From: Chrysomallon squamiferum
Lineage: Eukaryota; Animalia; Mollusca
DNA length: 64,000 nucleotides
Reading direction: 5' to 3'
Assembly (NCBI GenBank): GCA_012295275.1
Contig: CM022677.1
Location: forward strand, 5,766,001 to 5,830,000
A model generated the notes under the pieces. It was not told where the DNA came from, searched no databases, and saw only the letters and a list, made by a program, of their open reading frames with translations. This document shows, piece after piece, positions 13,762 through 29,091 of the stretch. A program made the position numbers and the translations under genes. Position 1 is the first letter of the stretch. Each line of letters starts with the position of its first letter.

Positions 13762-14340
13762 CAACAACAACAACAACAACAACGAAAATAACAATAATAA
13801 AGCATATAATATTTACCAATTTTTGGAAAATTATTATTATTATTATTATTGTTGCTGTTGTTGTTTTGTTCTTCTTCTTCTTCTTCTTCTTATTATTATT
13901 ATTCTTATTATTATTGCTATAATCAAGAAGGTCTGTGTTACTTTCCGGTGAGATCATTGTCACGTGATCTAAACATTTGAAATACTTAACTTGAGTTTTG
14001 TCACGTAGACACGAGTAAGCCAAACCAAAAAAAAAAAAATCCTTTTCAAGTGATTATTATTTTCTTAATTAAATAATAAAATAGGTTTTCAAATAAATAA
14101 ATGATTCAGTGAAGAGTTTTTGAATTGTAAATGTTAATGTTTTTTTAAATAATTATTCTTTTTTTTTAATTATGTATGCATATCATATAGCATTATATTT
14201 TTTTAAAGGATATCCTACAGAAAGTCATATGTTCTGAATAATAATAATAATTTCGAGATCAAAGTAAATACTGTTTGTTTTCAGAATGTGTAATAAAATG
14301 TATTTAATTATTTATTTATTAAATTATTATTATTATTGTT

Positions 14341-14378
<38 letters not shown>

Positions 14379-14554
14379 GTATAATTTCATTTGAAGATTT
14401 TAAAAAATGATATCGTACAATCATTTGTTCGGAAGATGTCAGTAATAATAACAGTAACAACAACAACAACAGCAACAACAGTAAATAATAATAATAATAA
14501 TAATCATAATAATAATAATAGTAAAGGATATATGTTTTCCTAGTTTCTTTGAAA

Positions 14555-14608
<54 letters not shown>

Positions 14609-14683
14609 ACAAATAATATTTTTAATAGTGAAAAACCATTAAAATAATTTTTTTATCACAGTATTTACATACTGAAATTTACT

Positions 14684-14734
14684 AGAAGGATCACTCCCTC
14701 TTGCAGACGCATAAATTTGGTATTGGCGTCTGCA
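14684..14734 (-). mobile_element. Possible Helitron-like 3' end (hairpin followed by CTAG|T); mirror copy at ~31240-31294
   Basis: 9-bp stem TGCAGACGC/GCGTCTGCA (14702-14710, 14726-14734). On the minus strand, CTAG then T follows 16 nt later. Confidence 0.35.
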
Positions 14735-16860
14735 CTGCGCATTTCCTCCTTTCAGTGTTTGTTTTTGTTCTATGAAAATGTGTGATTTTTAATTATTTTT
14801 TGAAGAATCACAACCTTTCACGCACTCAAGCAGCGTGGCATGCCTCTCTACGTTTCTGAAAATGAACGTACTATCGTTTCTGGCCCGCATTGTTCTCATT
14901 CGCGTTAAAAAGGCTCAAGTAATCTCATCTGAAAGAGCATAGATTTCACTTCAAAATGATGTTTTCCTTTCATAATTCGAACAAAACTTTGTTTCGAAAT
15001 TTATATATCATCATTATATTTTTCTTACTATGTATAAAAATTCTGATTTTCCGTCTGCGTTTCCTTCATTCATTTACTGTGACTGTTTAATTTTCTAAAC
15101 TAGAGTGGTCGGAAGCACGTCCGTAGAAACTCATATACATACATAACATTCACAAATATAAGCAAACATACACACATGTACACGAATTGCAGAAAACATA
15201 CAGCTACAAAACAACTGTAAGTAGACACAAAATAACCCGCAAACACACACATATACACACACGGTCTCGTGTGTGTGTGTTTATATATATATATATATAA
15301 TGTATGTATGTATGTATGTATGTATGTATGTATGTATACAATGAAACGAAATATGAAAATAATAAATTAATAAAAATACAGGTCCAGATCTAGGATTTAT
15401 TTTCTGTATGTTTGCAGTGTCGCTTTTAACATGCAATAAATAATGCAAAAACTTTTCTTAGCTTCAATAGCCAGAGAACAGATGTGGATGATTGTGTACA
15501 CAATGTGATACCTTTATGCAGAACGAACTGTACTAGGAAATACAGAGTCAAAACTATGAGACGTGCAAATTAGTCGTGTAACAGTTATTCATGTTGTATG
15601 TAGAAATATAGAATTTAAATTAATAAGTTAATAAATAAGTAACTAAGTAAGTACATAAAATAATTAATTAATATAGAAAAACAATCAGTAAAGCACAAAA
15701 ACGTTTCTGTCTGAGGAACTTCGTAATTTTTTTCCTCGAATACTTTTGTTATTTGACGTATTTATTTGTTTATTTTATTTGATGTGTATGACTATAAACA
15801 GCATATATGTAGTTGTTTTATATGTCTTTTGACTGATGTGTATATCAAAAATAAATATAATAAAAAATAAACAATAATAAAAAAATAAAATAAGTAGGTA
15901 GATAAACAAATATGATAATAATAACAAAAACAACAACAATAATAATAATTATGACATCAACAAAACAACAACAACAGTAATAACAACATAAACAATAGCA
16001 GCAACCAAAATACTTTTGATAGAGAGATAATAGTAAGTCTCAAACCTGTGACATGTCGTCTTTTAACAAAATCACTCAATGTATTCAAGCTGATGAGTGA
16101 CAGAACAAGCAGACGACATATGTTTTTCTGTGAATTTGTTAGTCTAAGCAGTTGCAGTTTTACTTCCATCTCTTCTCGGGTAAGCAAGTCTGTACTATAC
16201 TGTTATTAGCTGTGACTGTTGATTGTGTATCTGTTTAACAGTAAACCAAGTTATAACAACAACAGCAACATAAAATGAAAACGAAACACCAATAATGGAT
16301 GTCCTGTGTACGTTGATAAAAGAGCAGTTTGTAAAAATAATAATGAATGCTATGTTCAGTTATCTTATAAAATAGTCGATGGAGAAATAAAATGTCTACG
16401 GAATAACTGATCATTTAAAAATCTACCTAACTGAAATTAACTTTTCAAAATTATTTTTGACAAAAGGTCATAAAAGATTCAAGTTAGTTTATTGTTAAAT
16501 TTCTTTTCATTAAATGAAATTATTTATTAAAATACATTATTGCGATCAATTAAGAAGCAAAATCATTTTCAGGAAATCTAGACACGTTCCAGTTTAAAAT
16601 ACATAACGTGAGTTTTGTCAGGTAGACATGAATTAGGAAAGAAACAGACTTTATTGTTTTATAAGTGTTTATTATTTTCATTATAGAAAATGAAATCTGA
16701 CTTGTTGCAAAAATAAATGGTTTAATGGAGCGTTTTGTGTTGAGCTACGAGAGTGATTTTTTCTTTTAAATAGTTTATTATGCGTCTATATCATTGTCAT
16801 TTGTAAAAAAACATATCGAATGATTCAGTCTTATGTTCCGAAGATGTAAATAACAACCAC

Positions 16861-16981
<121 letters not shown>

Positions 16982-17019
16982 GAATGAGAAAAGCCTGTTT
17001 AGTGATTCTCTTTTAATTT

Positions 17020-18100
17020 ACTTGTTTGTTTTTCTGTTACACAAAACAGAAAATAAAAACAAACAAAAAGTATTGTGTAATGTGCTAACCTTTGCTGGTT
17101 ATGCCTCTGTTACATAAATAATGTATGAAATGTGTCAGCTTCTGTATATTTGTTCTAATTTGCAGTGTACAGTGGGCTAACTGCCTTTATTTTGTGTATC
17201 AACTAACTGTAGACCAATGTTCAGCCTGTGGTTTATAATTAACCGTGTCTTTGATTAATGGATAAACTGGACAAATGCTCTTTCTCTCTCATTTGTTACA
17301 CACCAAGTTCTTACAGCTGAAGAACTAATTAAGCCTATTTGTATAATATTAACTTTTCATTTTATTCAGTTACTAAATACAAAGATGATATAGAATAACC
17401 AAATAGAAAGAAATTAGCAAATGTGATAACAATAATAATAATAATAATTATAATAGCCAGAAAGAAAGAAAACAAATCCTAATTTTTATATACCTGAGAC
17501 CTGTATATGTACTTTATGTACTTTTTGTGCCACAGTAAGTTTTCTCTGCGATTGTCACAAGATATTTTTGTTTTCACTTTTAGAAAGAAGAAATCAGTTT
17601 AACAAAATACTTGTTGCGGTTGCTTGTGCAAGTCACGTGATAGTAGAGTTTTATTAAGCTGTTGTTTTGGTTGGGATTAACGACGTGGGGAATTAAATAA
17701 CTTTCCAAAACAACTTAAACCACTTTAAACTGCTTTGTTTAAAGTTGTAGGGTTTTTTAAAATTCTGATAAATTGTAATACGGATCAACTGCATCTGATT
17801 TACCAGTTCAGTCGATTATGAACTGTTTTGTTACAAGGTCTGTGACAAATGGATGTGTAACAAATGGGATGATACCTAAGTAAGTAACCCTTGATAGTAA
17901 AAGTCCATTAAACTGCTAGTATTTTAAAATAACAGTTATTATTATAGAGTGTATTGTAATTCAATTAACATAATAAATATATTTTATAAATGTATATTAC
18001 TTTTGTTTTCTTCATTAGATAAAGTAAATTTCCTGTATTGTTCAAGAAAAACACACTGCAATTGGTTAATGCATTGTACGAGTTGTCATGGCAACCTCAC
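17020..18100 (+). repeat. Old duplicated segment Y, copy 1 (inverted paralog of 42675-44115); probably a decayed DNA transposon
   Basis: Shared blocks GTCTGTGACAAATGGATGTGTAACAAATGGGA, GTGCAAGTCACGTG and TTTGTGTATCAACTAACT. Internal inverted motif CATTTGTTACAC/GTGTAACAAATG. Confidence 0.85.
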
Positions 18101-18191
18101 GGCTGCTTGACTATGAGAGAGAGAGAGAGAGTTAATAAATAAAAAAATCTGCTACCATATGATTCTAATTTACCTTTGAAAGTGAAAAACA

Positions 18192-18222
<31 letters not shown>

Positions 18223-18555
18223 GATAGATAGATAGTGTGTTTAAAAATAGAGTGATTGTTGATAAATAATAATAATAACAATAATAATAATAATAATAAT
18301 AATATAAATAATAATAATAATAGTAATAATAATAAAAGCATAAACTGTTAATGAAGTAATACATTTCTGTTTTTTCTTGTTTTTACGTACATCACACAAA
18401 TGGCTGTTTCACAGAAGTGAAAGGTTTTAAAAAGTGCACTATTGAGATTTAACAGCTGAATATAACAATGCTGAGAAATTTATAAAACTGTTTTATAATC
18501 AGAATGGTCAGAATTTAGTTTATTTATTTATTTATTTATTGTATTATTATTATTG

Positions 18556-18656
<101 letters not shown>

Positions 18657-19592
18657 GAATTCACAAACAAGGCACTAGGTAATAGAAAGACATCAGACGC
18701 CATATTGGATGTTAATGATTCAGTGCTGCCTGTATTCATGTGTGCACAATTAAACATTTTCAATATCACTGTTAAAAACTGAAATATTTTACTCTGGTAT
18801 ATTACTACAATTATTGAAAACAATAAATTAAAAGATAGTTTTTGAAAAGATTTCCAAACCAAGATGCAGTTGATGTTAAGGCGATAGAAAGAGTAAAATG
18901 AATGTCTGAGCTGAATTTGTTTTAAGTATGTCAAAAGTATTGAAAGACTGTCTAATTGAAAACTGCATATACTGAATAAACATTAAAATACATTTTTGAA
19001 GTACGTGAAATATTTTCACTACATTATCAACTTACGTAGAAACCTCCTTATCATCTTGTTATCATCTTCTAACAGCTGACGTCAAATAACTCACATTAAA
19101 ATTCTATTAATATTTTTCTTCCTATAAAATATCACGTGACATATTTACGGACATGGGTGCCGACTTGACGCTGCCCAGTGCATTGTTAAAACAACTTTAC
19201 TTCTAATCTTGTATTTTATTTCATTACTTAATAAAACGATCACATCTTCAATATGACTGTGTGTGGAGTGTGTCCTCGACAATTATAAAACACTCGTATA
19301 TTCGTTATTGTTCACACGTGCAAACAAGCAGCATAGTAAGTTTCACTTCAGTAAAGAAATCGAATGACATGTGAAAAGCTATAAGAAATAGAACAAAAAA
19401 GATACAAAATAATCGATTAAATGGCGCTAAGTAAAAATTCCGTCCACTTCTCTCTACATTTATTCACGAAGCTGTAGATAAACAGAGCGCGAATCAGCAG
19501 CAGATTATCACCACACTTCATAAAATAATTAACATCAGGAAATCAATTTAGTTATGCTGAGAGAAAATTATAATTTTACTCAGTGAGATTTG

Positions 19593-19644
<52 letters not shown>

Positions 19645-19857
19645 TTGTAGGTTTAGCTCAGAAAGAGAGAGATTAGATTAATTAGTCATTAAATTAATAA
19701 AATGTATCAAATTTACAATTATATTTCAAGTTTGCGTATATTTGTGATATTGTATTCCTTTTAATAAAAGTGACACTTAAAAGATTTGCATCACACCTCA
19801 TGTGTACATCTGAATGAACCTGAAATTGTCAAACACTCAGAACTAATCTTCTAAAAA

Positions 19858-19860
<3 letters not shown>

Positions 19861-19948
<88 letters not shown>
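19861..19948. repeat. (CT)n microsatellite
   Basis: Perfect run. Confidence 0.98.
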
Positions 19949-19953
<5 letters not shown>

Positions 19954-20065
19954 CATATTTCTAATTCTCGCTCTTGTGTATGTTTTGCGTGTATGCCTAT
20001 GTGTGTTTGTGTGTCTTTCTATGTGTGTGTTTGTATATGTCTATATCTCATTCTTGCTGTTTGTA

Positions 20066-20125
<60 letters not shown>

Positions 20126-20473
20126 TGACATGTATGTTATGGTAAATAAAACTGAAAAAAGGAATGTCTGTAGTAAATAACATCAAGAATGACATTTTCC
20201 ATGCGTCTGTATTTCACAACGGTAAATGTACGAATATTACAACATCGACAACAACAACAACAACAACAACAACAATAATAATAATAATAATAGCAATAAC
20301 AACAATATTAATAATAATAGTTATTATTATAATGATCATGTGGTTCTTTTTTTCTACTTTCACTTTTTGTCTTCTTCTTCTCTTTCTTCTTCTTCTTCTT
20401 CTTCTTCTTACTATTATTTATTCCTTTATTTCTTTACTTATCTTTTTGAAACTAACAAACTGGAAAACAATCC

Positions 20474-20786
<313 letters not shown>

Positions 20787-20937
20787 GTAATAGTGCAATA
20801 CCGATGTCAATTTCAGATTAGACAGTGTTGCTGTTGTTGTACTCAAAGAAAGAAAGGTATGCGTGTGTGTCTACGGCACTCTACTATAATAATAATAATA
20901 GTAACAGCAATAATAATAACAACAACAACAAGAACAT

Positions 20938-23323
20938 AATGTATAGATAATATCTGAATAGGTTTAATTATACTCTTACTGTAGTAATATATACCTGTAG
21001 AAAAGTTAAGCACTAAGATAATGAGTGACAACATGTAACAACTAATTACAACTATGTGAGAAGCCAGTGTATCATGTCTCCATGTTTTTTCTCAAACTGC
21101 AGTATGCACAGATGTCAGATATGGATTTTTGACTCAACAGCTCAATTATTCATAGTCAACAAGGCTCAGTGGAGGACATCAGAAACATTAACATGACAGA
21201 TGTTAAGAATACATTCAACAGATCAAACATCAGCTTGAACATCAGCTTGACAACAATTAACACTCATCAGACCATTAGTGACCTCCAACAGGCTACATCC
21301 AAAACAAAGCTTTAACACTTCTGCCTTGGCCAGTCATGAGTCCAATTTTGAATCCACTTGAGCACATTTGTGTATATCAAACATTTTATATAGAATGAAT
21401 GTGGAATCAGCTTAGCACTGGGAATGGCAATAGTTCATTTGACAAATCCAACATTTAACTGTAGAGATGAGTCAGATGTTGAAGTCAGTTGAATGTTTAC
21501 TTGTCATTGAACCCTTTAACTACAGATGTAATCTAGAGACTCAAAGTAACATTTTCTCTCTAAAACAATTTCTTAAACTATTTTAATTCTGCCACTCCAC
21601 ACTCTTGAATGATTTTCTTAGTGTTAAATAGTACTTGATAATTATGAGACAATATTTATTATATATATATATATAAAGAAAAAATCCTATATCCACTACT
21701 GGGATGCTTAATATTTTTTTTCAGGTGTATACTGATTTGTATTCAATTTAATTCTTAAAGTATTTCATAATATATTTACTTATTTAGTGTTATAAGAAAT
21801 TCTTAATCTTCAAATGTTATGAAATAAATCACTATGAACATGGATACTACTATTAATCAATCTTACAAGTCTGTCATATCTGTTAAATAAATATTTCATC
21901 ATTACTCTTCTCTACTGTGTCTGCTTGTATAAACATATTTTGACAATTTATAATATTCAGCTTTCAGTAATCTGATACATTTTTCATACCAAATCTTGGT
22001 TACTTTATGATTTCATGTTAATGTGCAGACACAGTTCATTTGTGTTTGAAACTGTCATCTTGACAAACAACCAACCCAGAATTAACATCTATAAATAGTA
22101 AAACATTCAACCATTATCATACTATGTACAAACTCTTTCTTTATGTACTATTTATTTTTAAAAAAATCATTTCTCTACACTATATCTACTTGTACATGAA
22201 ATAAATAAATAAATAAAATATTTCATATATTTAAACATTATTCTACTATAATTATAATGTATCATTTTGTTTTGATATATATTCCTTCACTTAAATGTAA
22301 ATGTATTTTCATAATAATACTAATAGGCATTATGCTATTATGTTCATAAATAGTTAAACAGTTTGCTGAGTAAAAATTATTCTACAGTAAATATAATAAT
22401 TTATGACAGATTGAAGATTTACATGCATACACAAACAGCTCCACTTGAAACAAATGTTTTCTTTGCTGTGTCAAGACAAAGTGAGTAAAAAACACTGTAT
22501 TTATGTTTCAAAATGTTTGGATAAAAGTTAGTGTCAGCTAACTGGGGTTACTTTATTACATAATGCTTGCTGAAAACTGATTAAATATTTGAAGAAATGA
22601 AATAAAAAAAAAATCAGTGACTGAAAGCATACCAACTTATTTTCTTTTTTAAATGAATGACAAGTGACAGAGAGATTTTGCTACATTGGAAAAATTAATA
22701 AAACAAAACAAACATCATCAGAATTTCCAGTAACTGTTTCTAGTATCAGAGAGAAGAATTAAATTTGCATACTGAACTCAGTGCCAGATATTTTATGTAA
22801 AGCTTGAAAACTGCTAAACGTTAAAAACTTGTAAAGAAAGAATTATAAATAACAAACTACAACAAGACTGAAAAGTCATTTTTCAATAAAACCTGGACCC
22901 AGCTTGTGACTAGCTTTGACAACTGAAGTTTTATCAGTCTTCCACTGTACGCTGATAATATTAAATTTTACTATTTTTACTGGCAATCACATTTATCAGA
23001 CTTGAATTTGAAATCAGTACATATATGTGTGTTTATGTGTTTCTGCTTCTGTTTGTGTGTAAATGTAAGTAATTCAAATAAACAAAACATTTACTTACTT
23101 GTGTTGTTATAATTCAGTTTAACCCATCTTTAGATTTTAGCTGTTTCATGCTAAACCAGTTTTCTGTCACTGACCATACAACTCTTCAATCCTGTCAACA
23201 GAACAATACAAAACTTACATACTGATTTGTTTTGCTTCTTAAATTAATAGTGTCAAGTAATACATTTTCTTTTATTATTATTATGAAATAATTGCTGTCA
23301 TCTGCCCAAAATATTAATTACAA
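20938..23323 (-). repeat. Old duplicated segment X, copy 2
   Basis: Reverse-complement paralog of 2015-4452, including the same Tc1 insertion with the same flanks. Confidence 0.9.
20992..21727 (+). mobile_element. Tc1-type element, paralog of 3580-4361
   Basis: TA|TACCTGTAGAAAAGTTAAGCAC ... ATGCTTAATATTTTTTTTCAGGTG|TA. 21318-21371 translates LLPWPVMSPILNPLEHIC (Tc1 WP..SPDLNPIEH.W). Confidence 0.88.
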
Positions 23324-25599
23324 ATTTTAAAAAAAGTTTTAAAAATTAAAAATAAATGTGCTATAACAGCTATCTTTCAAAGTATCAGAAATCATTAACA
23401 GACTTAAAACTGATGCTTCAAATAAAATTGTATTTATTTATTTATTATCAATGTGCATGGCTCTGGTTAGTTTACAAAAAAAAATTACATGAATCAAATG
23501 TGATAAAATAAAGAACTCCAAACCTTTACAAAAATAGATCAGCACTACTTACTATTATATTTGTAACACTAGACTTGTTTCAGTCATTGTTTTGATTGCA
23601 CACACGTTACAGAGATAGCATTTTATACCTAAACCAAGTGAAAACTAAAACTGTTCATGAAAAATTGAGTGAATCTCTGCTGCCATTTAGAGATATAAAC
23701 TTAAGATTAACCACAGAAAAAGAAATGAATTCACATTTATAAATAATTTACTGATTTACTCATCAGCTCTGTTCGTTGTTCATTATAAAACTGACTGCAG
23801 AATCACATATATACATTACTCTCAAAATATTTACCTGCTTACAATTCAGTTTAACCCATCTTCAGTATGTTAAGCACATTGTCTGTCACTGACTATACAA
23901 TTCTTCAGTCCTGCCAACAGAACAATACAAAATATATAATTTTTCAAATTATTAACATATGTGCCAATTTTCATTCAGAAAATTAATTAAAATAAATCAA
24001 ACAAATATAATACAAAAAAGAAAAAAACAAACATTTTCTTTGAAGAAACAGCTGCAACAAAAAGAAAAATCCAATCTCTCAGAAAATGGAAAGAGTTATA
24101 CTTAGAAGAGACAGGATGAAATTTTGGAAGTTTTTCCATATCTAAATTGTTGTTACATTTAATATCACCGATGAAATAATTTTAACTCTTCCTACAGAGA
24201 ATCTCAATTAATAAAAAGGAAAATAGTCACAAACAATCACTAATATTTATTTTTTTTTTTTTTTTTTTGCAAAAAATCTAAATATACGAAGATATCAAGA
24301 AAATCAAAATTACTAAGGAGAAAGAAAATAAAATGAACTAGAGAGTGAGAAAATCAAAATAACTATTCAGAAAGACTATGTGGTTTTGAAATGTAAATTG
24401 CATGTGTGTGAAACTACAGTTATTATTATTGTTGTTGTTATTAATTCATTTGTTAATATTTGTTTAGGATACTTTAAAAAAATATGTTTTTAACTCACTA
24501 TACTTTTATTACTCTGTAAAACTACTGACTGGGCAAGCACTGTGGTATTTTGGGTCTAGTAATAAGGTTTGTAGTATGTAGTAATTCATTCAACCCATTA
24601 TAAGACAAATGTCAGCAATACAAAAAGCTTTGGCAGTAACAGAGGCAAGATGTAATGACTTAGATAAATTTATTTTTAGGCACTCACTAAAACAGTGAAA
24701 TTTTTCATGATGGATGTGTGTTTACTTTGAAAAAGAATATATTTACTTACACACATATACAGTGTTCACAGTTACTTCTTTAAAGTTTAAGTGCTGGTTC
24801 AGGTCATAAAAGACTATTTTGAAAACAATTTTCGTTTTAAGACAACATAAATTGTAGTTACTTAAAAAAATTACATTTTTCTTGATTTACAGCGACAACA
24901 AAACCGTTTTATTATTATTATTCTTATTATTATTATTATTATTATTTTATTTATTATTTTTTGTTGTTGTGATGTCTAAAGACTGTAACCAGTTATTTTC
25001 GACAAATATATGTGTGTCTGTGTGTACGCGCGCGTCTGTGTGCGTGTACGTGTGTGTGTAAATTTGTATGAAGTTGTCACTACAATCTTATTAAGATATA
25101 TACATACATACATGCAAACGAAAAGTCACAATTTATATGATCATGGTGACTATTTGACTGGTTAAGTATAATCGTGGTACGACTGAAATGACTGGTGTAA
25201 TAACATTACAGAACCCCTAAAAATAAGGGAAATAACTCAAAAATAATAATTAAAATAGGTGTATTTTTGTTAATAATTGACCAATTAGTTTCTTAACTTT
25301 CCGTAATAATAGTTAAGCTCCACTTAAGTTCTGTACCCAGTATTGATATCTGTTGTATGATAAAGAATAGAGTGCATTCTCTGTAGCACATGACATAAAC
25401 ATCAGCAGAAAAACAAACATCTCACACTTAATATATATAATGTGAGTCAGAAATAGATAAATTTTATTTATTTATTATTTTAAACTGTTTCGTTTTTATT
25501 TTTCAATATTAATTAATTAATTAATTAATTAATAATAATAATAATAATAAATACATACAGATTCTTAATAAACAAACACTACTTGCTTCTATCTGTGTA

Positions 25600-26795
25600 T
25601 TATTGTTGTTGTTGTTTTTATTTATTTAGAAAATGATGAGACAAGTGTGTCCGATATTATATACTCTCTAACATAGAGTTCTTATTAAAAAACATAGCTT
25701 TTTTAATATAAATATATTTTTACTGTTAAACAAATTATTATATGAAATTGTATTTGCATGTCTCATGTATTTATCTTGTCAACTTTTTCTCGCATTTAAA
25801 AATATAGGATCACTACATTCAAATATACAGTGATATCATCTCCAATTTTGTTAAGATTACAAATATGACATTTTCTATTTTCTTTTAGAATATTAGACCA
25901 TGGTCCACTTTTACTAGGAAGTTTAGCATTCGAGGTTCTAAATTTACATAACACATTAACTTTCTTTTGAAAGTAAGATAGTTTTCTAATTTCAATCATT
26001 TTAAAAACAAAATATAATTAAAACCCTTTGAAGACGTGTCAGTTTGATTTTTCCATATTTGTTGATATTCATCAGGTAAATATTTTGGATATGGTTTCAC
26101 GTAACCATCTGACATTATCAAAGTTGTGATATGTCCATATATATGTTAAACCACAATCATCTAAAATATTTTTTACAAATCTGTTCAAGAAGAGTAGCTA
26201 ACATGCATTAAATAATATAGTTGTGAGGAAATCTTGTTTTGGTTTTTCAAGTGCCTTCAAAAGGTTATCATTCTTACATTTATAGAAATACAAAGAGGAT
26301 ACCGTCCTCGATCATAAACCAGGGGTACATTTAGTAACATTTAATAAATACTTACAAACTTTCATATGGAGTCTTTCTATTAGTTGTACATTTGTAAAAC
26401 CCCATATTTTACAACCATACAATAAAACTCGCTGTATTAGTTTGTCAAATAAATCAAATACACAGTTGATGGAGAGATTATTCTGACGACTTTCAGCGAT
26501 TAGGCTATGCATAGCTTTCATTGCTTTGTTATACAGTTGTTTTCTTACGCTGTAAGTGAATAGACGGTTTCTTGTAAAATGTATGCCAGTTATGTTTATA
26601 GTTATCTACTATATCAATAAACTCTCCATCAAATTTAAATATATAATCACTAGTTTTTCTCCTTTTACCAAAAATCATTATTTTAGTTCTATTTGTATTA
26701 ACTTTAAGTCTGCATGGTCGGCAGTAATTGGCAAAAATGTTAAGATTATGTTGTAGAGCATCCGGTGATTCTGCTAACAGTATTGTATCATCCGA
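25600..26795 (-). mobile_element. 5'-truncated, degraded non-LTR retrotransposon (RTE-X/L2-group-like ORF2 C-terminal half)
   Basis: Consecutive broken ORFs: DDTILLAESPDALQHNLN...LKVNTNRTKIMIF (RT from the YADD motif onward); LFDKLIQRVLLYGCKIWG...IERLHMKVCKYLLNV; FVKNILDDCGLTYIW; KFRTSNAKLP..SG.W....ENRKCHICNLNKIGD (C-terminal zinc-finger region). AATAAA plus a (CAA)n tail lies near 25600-25625 on the minus strand. Confidence 0.92.
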
Positions 26796-27154
26796 CGCAA
26801 CATGCACAGGTTACACTGCATGATTTCTCTTCTATTTAACGTCACGCGTTCCACGTATGGTTTGCCTCGAAGAAAACCTCAGCTTGACAGTTTGACCTTT
26901 GACTTCAGCATTTAATAAAGATGTTTTATAATCCACACAATTTGTTTTTATCTTTGAGGTAACAGTTTCAGGTCGTGTCACACTCGAGTTGCCTCGGCTG
27001 AAATCTTAACACTTAGACTAAATAAAACAGATTTGCATACAAGGTAAGAAATAGATAAACAGAACATAGGGATAGCGGGGCAGTATGTACCAACAACATT
27101 TAGCATTTAAGTAAGTAATGAAAAAAATTGATGTGCTAATGCCCAACAAATTCG

Positions 27155-27156
<2 letters not shown>

Positions 27157-27253
<97 letters not shown>

Positions 27254-27260
27254 TGTGTGT
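27157..27260. repeat. (CT)n(GT)n compound microsatellite
   Basis: Seen directly; the source of the RERERE ORFs. Confidence 0.97.
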
Positions 27261-27494
27261 ATAGACATACCACACAAATCCGCATACATAAAGAAAGAGA
27301 GAGAGAAATATACTGTTGTAAATTTTATTTTAAAAGCGTTCATATCATATCCTTTATACTTTATACAAATCTGTTTGCGAGCCTTTAGTTTACAAAAAGA
27401 AACTCTTACATTAAAAGAACGAAGGACAAAACAAAAACGACAAAGCATGCTAACAATTAATTTATACACAGTAAAAAATAAATAACCACAACAG

Positions 27495-27544
<50 letters not shown>

Positions 27545-28356
27545 ATAATAATAATAATAATAATAACAATGAAATATAATTTGATATTAAACTTTGAAAT
27601 CTGACATACTGTTTGACAGAGAATACCGTGTAATGACATTTTTCTATTCTCAAACTATGAGCGTAACAAAACAGGTTTCATATTGACCTTGTTAACAACT
27701 TAACCGTGAAAACTATTAACCCGCGATCTGTTTTCATGTCTATAGATATAATACACAGGGTAAACAAAAAATTCAGAATAAAAATAAAACTAATACTAAT
27801 AATAAGAAGAAAAAAACCAAAAAAGAGAGAAAGAACAACAACAACAACAAAACAATCTAGACAGTAACAGCTATGATAATACAATGAATAAAATAAACAA
27901 ATGAAATAATAAAACCATATCAAAAACAAAGTTATAAATTTAATTCTTCTTCTGAAACACATAAGACAAGAATGGAGTGATAGTTTTAAAATATACTTTT
28001 TCATAATATACCTATCATCTAGAGGTAACACACACAGAAACACATACACACACTCACGCACACATACTCTCTCACACACAAACACACTGTAATAAAAGAA
28101 GAAAAATATCACTTTTAGAAAAAACAATTAAAAGTACAATGTTACAGTACAAGACAGACAAAAGAAATGATTTGTCAATCTGGTTGTAGTTTTTAAATTA
28201 TTATACTTCTATAACTGTTTTCAACATTTACTAAAAAAAATCCCTTACATTGACTTCAAAAAGCATCCTGTACTTCTCTGTGTCTAGTACTGCAAATAGC
28301 TAATATCAAATAGAATTTTTGTTTTGTTTGTTTATTCATATGATGCTTTTCACACA

Positions 28357-28404
<48 letters not shown>

Positions 28405-29033
28405 ACTGAAGCGGAGCAATCAACAATGTTGATGTTGGTGTTTTGTAGTCATTTAACTGGTGATTAAGATATCATATATACAATTGCAGATTAATAATTA
28501 GAGATTAAAGAGAACGATACTCAGACTATTAGTCAGGATATCTGACAGTTAAAACAGGTAGGTAGTGGGGGAATTGTCACGAGTGGTAAATGATCTAGGG
28601 GGATATCACCTGACAGGGGGGAATTAATTGAAGGTAATATTTTAAATACAATTCCTGTTTATTATCTGAAATTCATACGCCAGTGCAGAATCTATTCAGA
28701 TGTACATAAGACAGAAAATATTAAAAATCCTAAACTAAATAGGTACATACATACACACATACATACTTCCATACTTCAATACTTCCATACATACATACAT
28801 ACATACATACATATACATATACATGCATACATATATACATACATGCATACATTCTTCATCAAGAATAATCACGATACTCTCCGTCATTGTACTGGCTACA
28901 CCTATGGTAGTTTTAACGTCTGTGGTTGAGTAAATGTTAATGAGTGTGTAATGTATTTTCTTTTGTGTATATGTTGTTAATTAAGTGTAAAAAACACCCT
29001 GATGTAGACTATGTGTTCCCACACGAATGCATA

Positions 29034-29090
<57 letters not shown>

Positions 29091-29091
<1 letters not shown>

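Larger units (their letters stand above)
5682..16859 (+). repeat. Left arm of ~11.2 kb inverted duplication
   Basis: Reverse complement of 29091-40356. Outer ends ACTGTCCTAGGCGTGGTCATCC / GGATGATCATGCCTGGGACAGT; inner ends GATGTAAATAACAACCA / TGGTTGTTATTTACATC. The ORF track shows mirrored ORFs (15957..16187- vs 29762..29992+; 13117..13389+ vs 32583..32855-). Confidence 0.98.

Noticed and set aside
13057-16187. ORFs conserved between arms (13117..13389, 15957..16187 and their mirrors) as duplicated genes
   Set aside because: Conservation only reflects ~99% arm identity. Several use non-ATG starts and none shows a recognisable motif.
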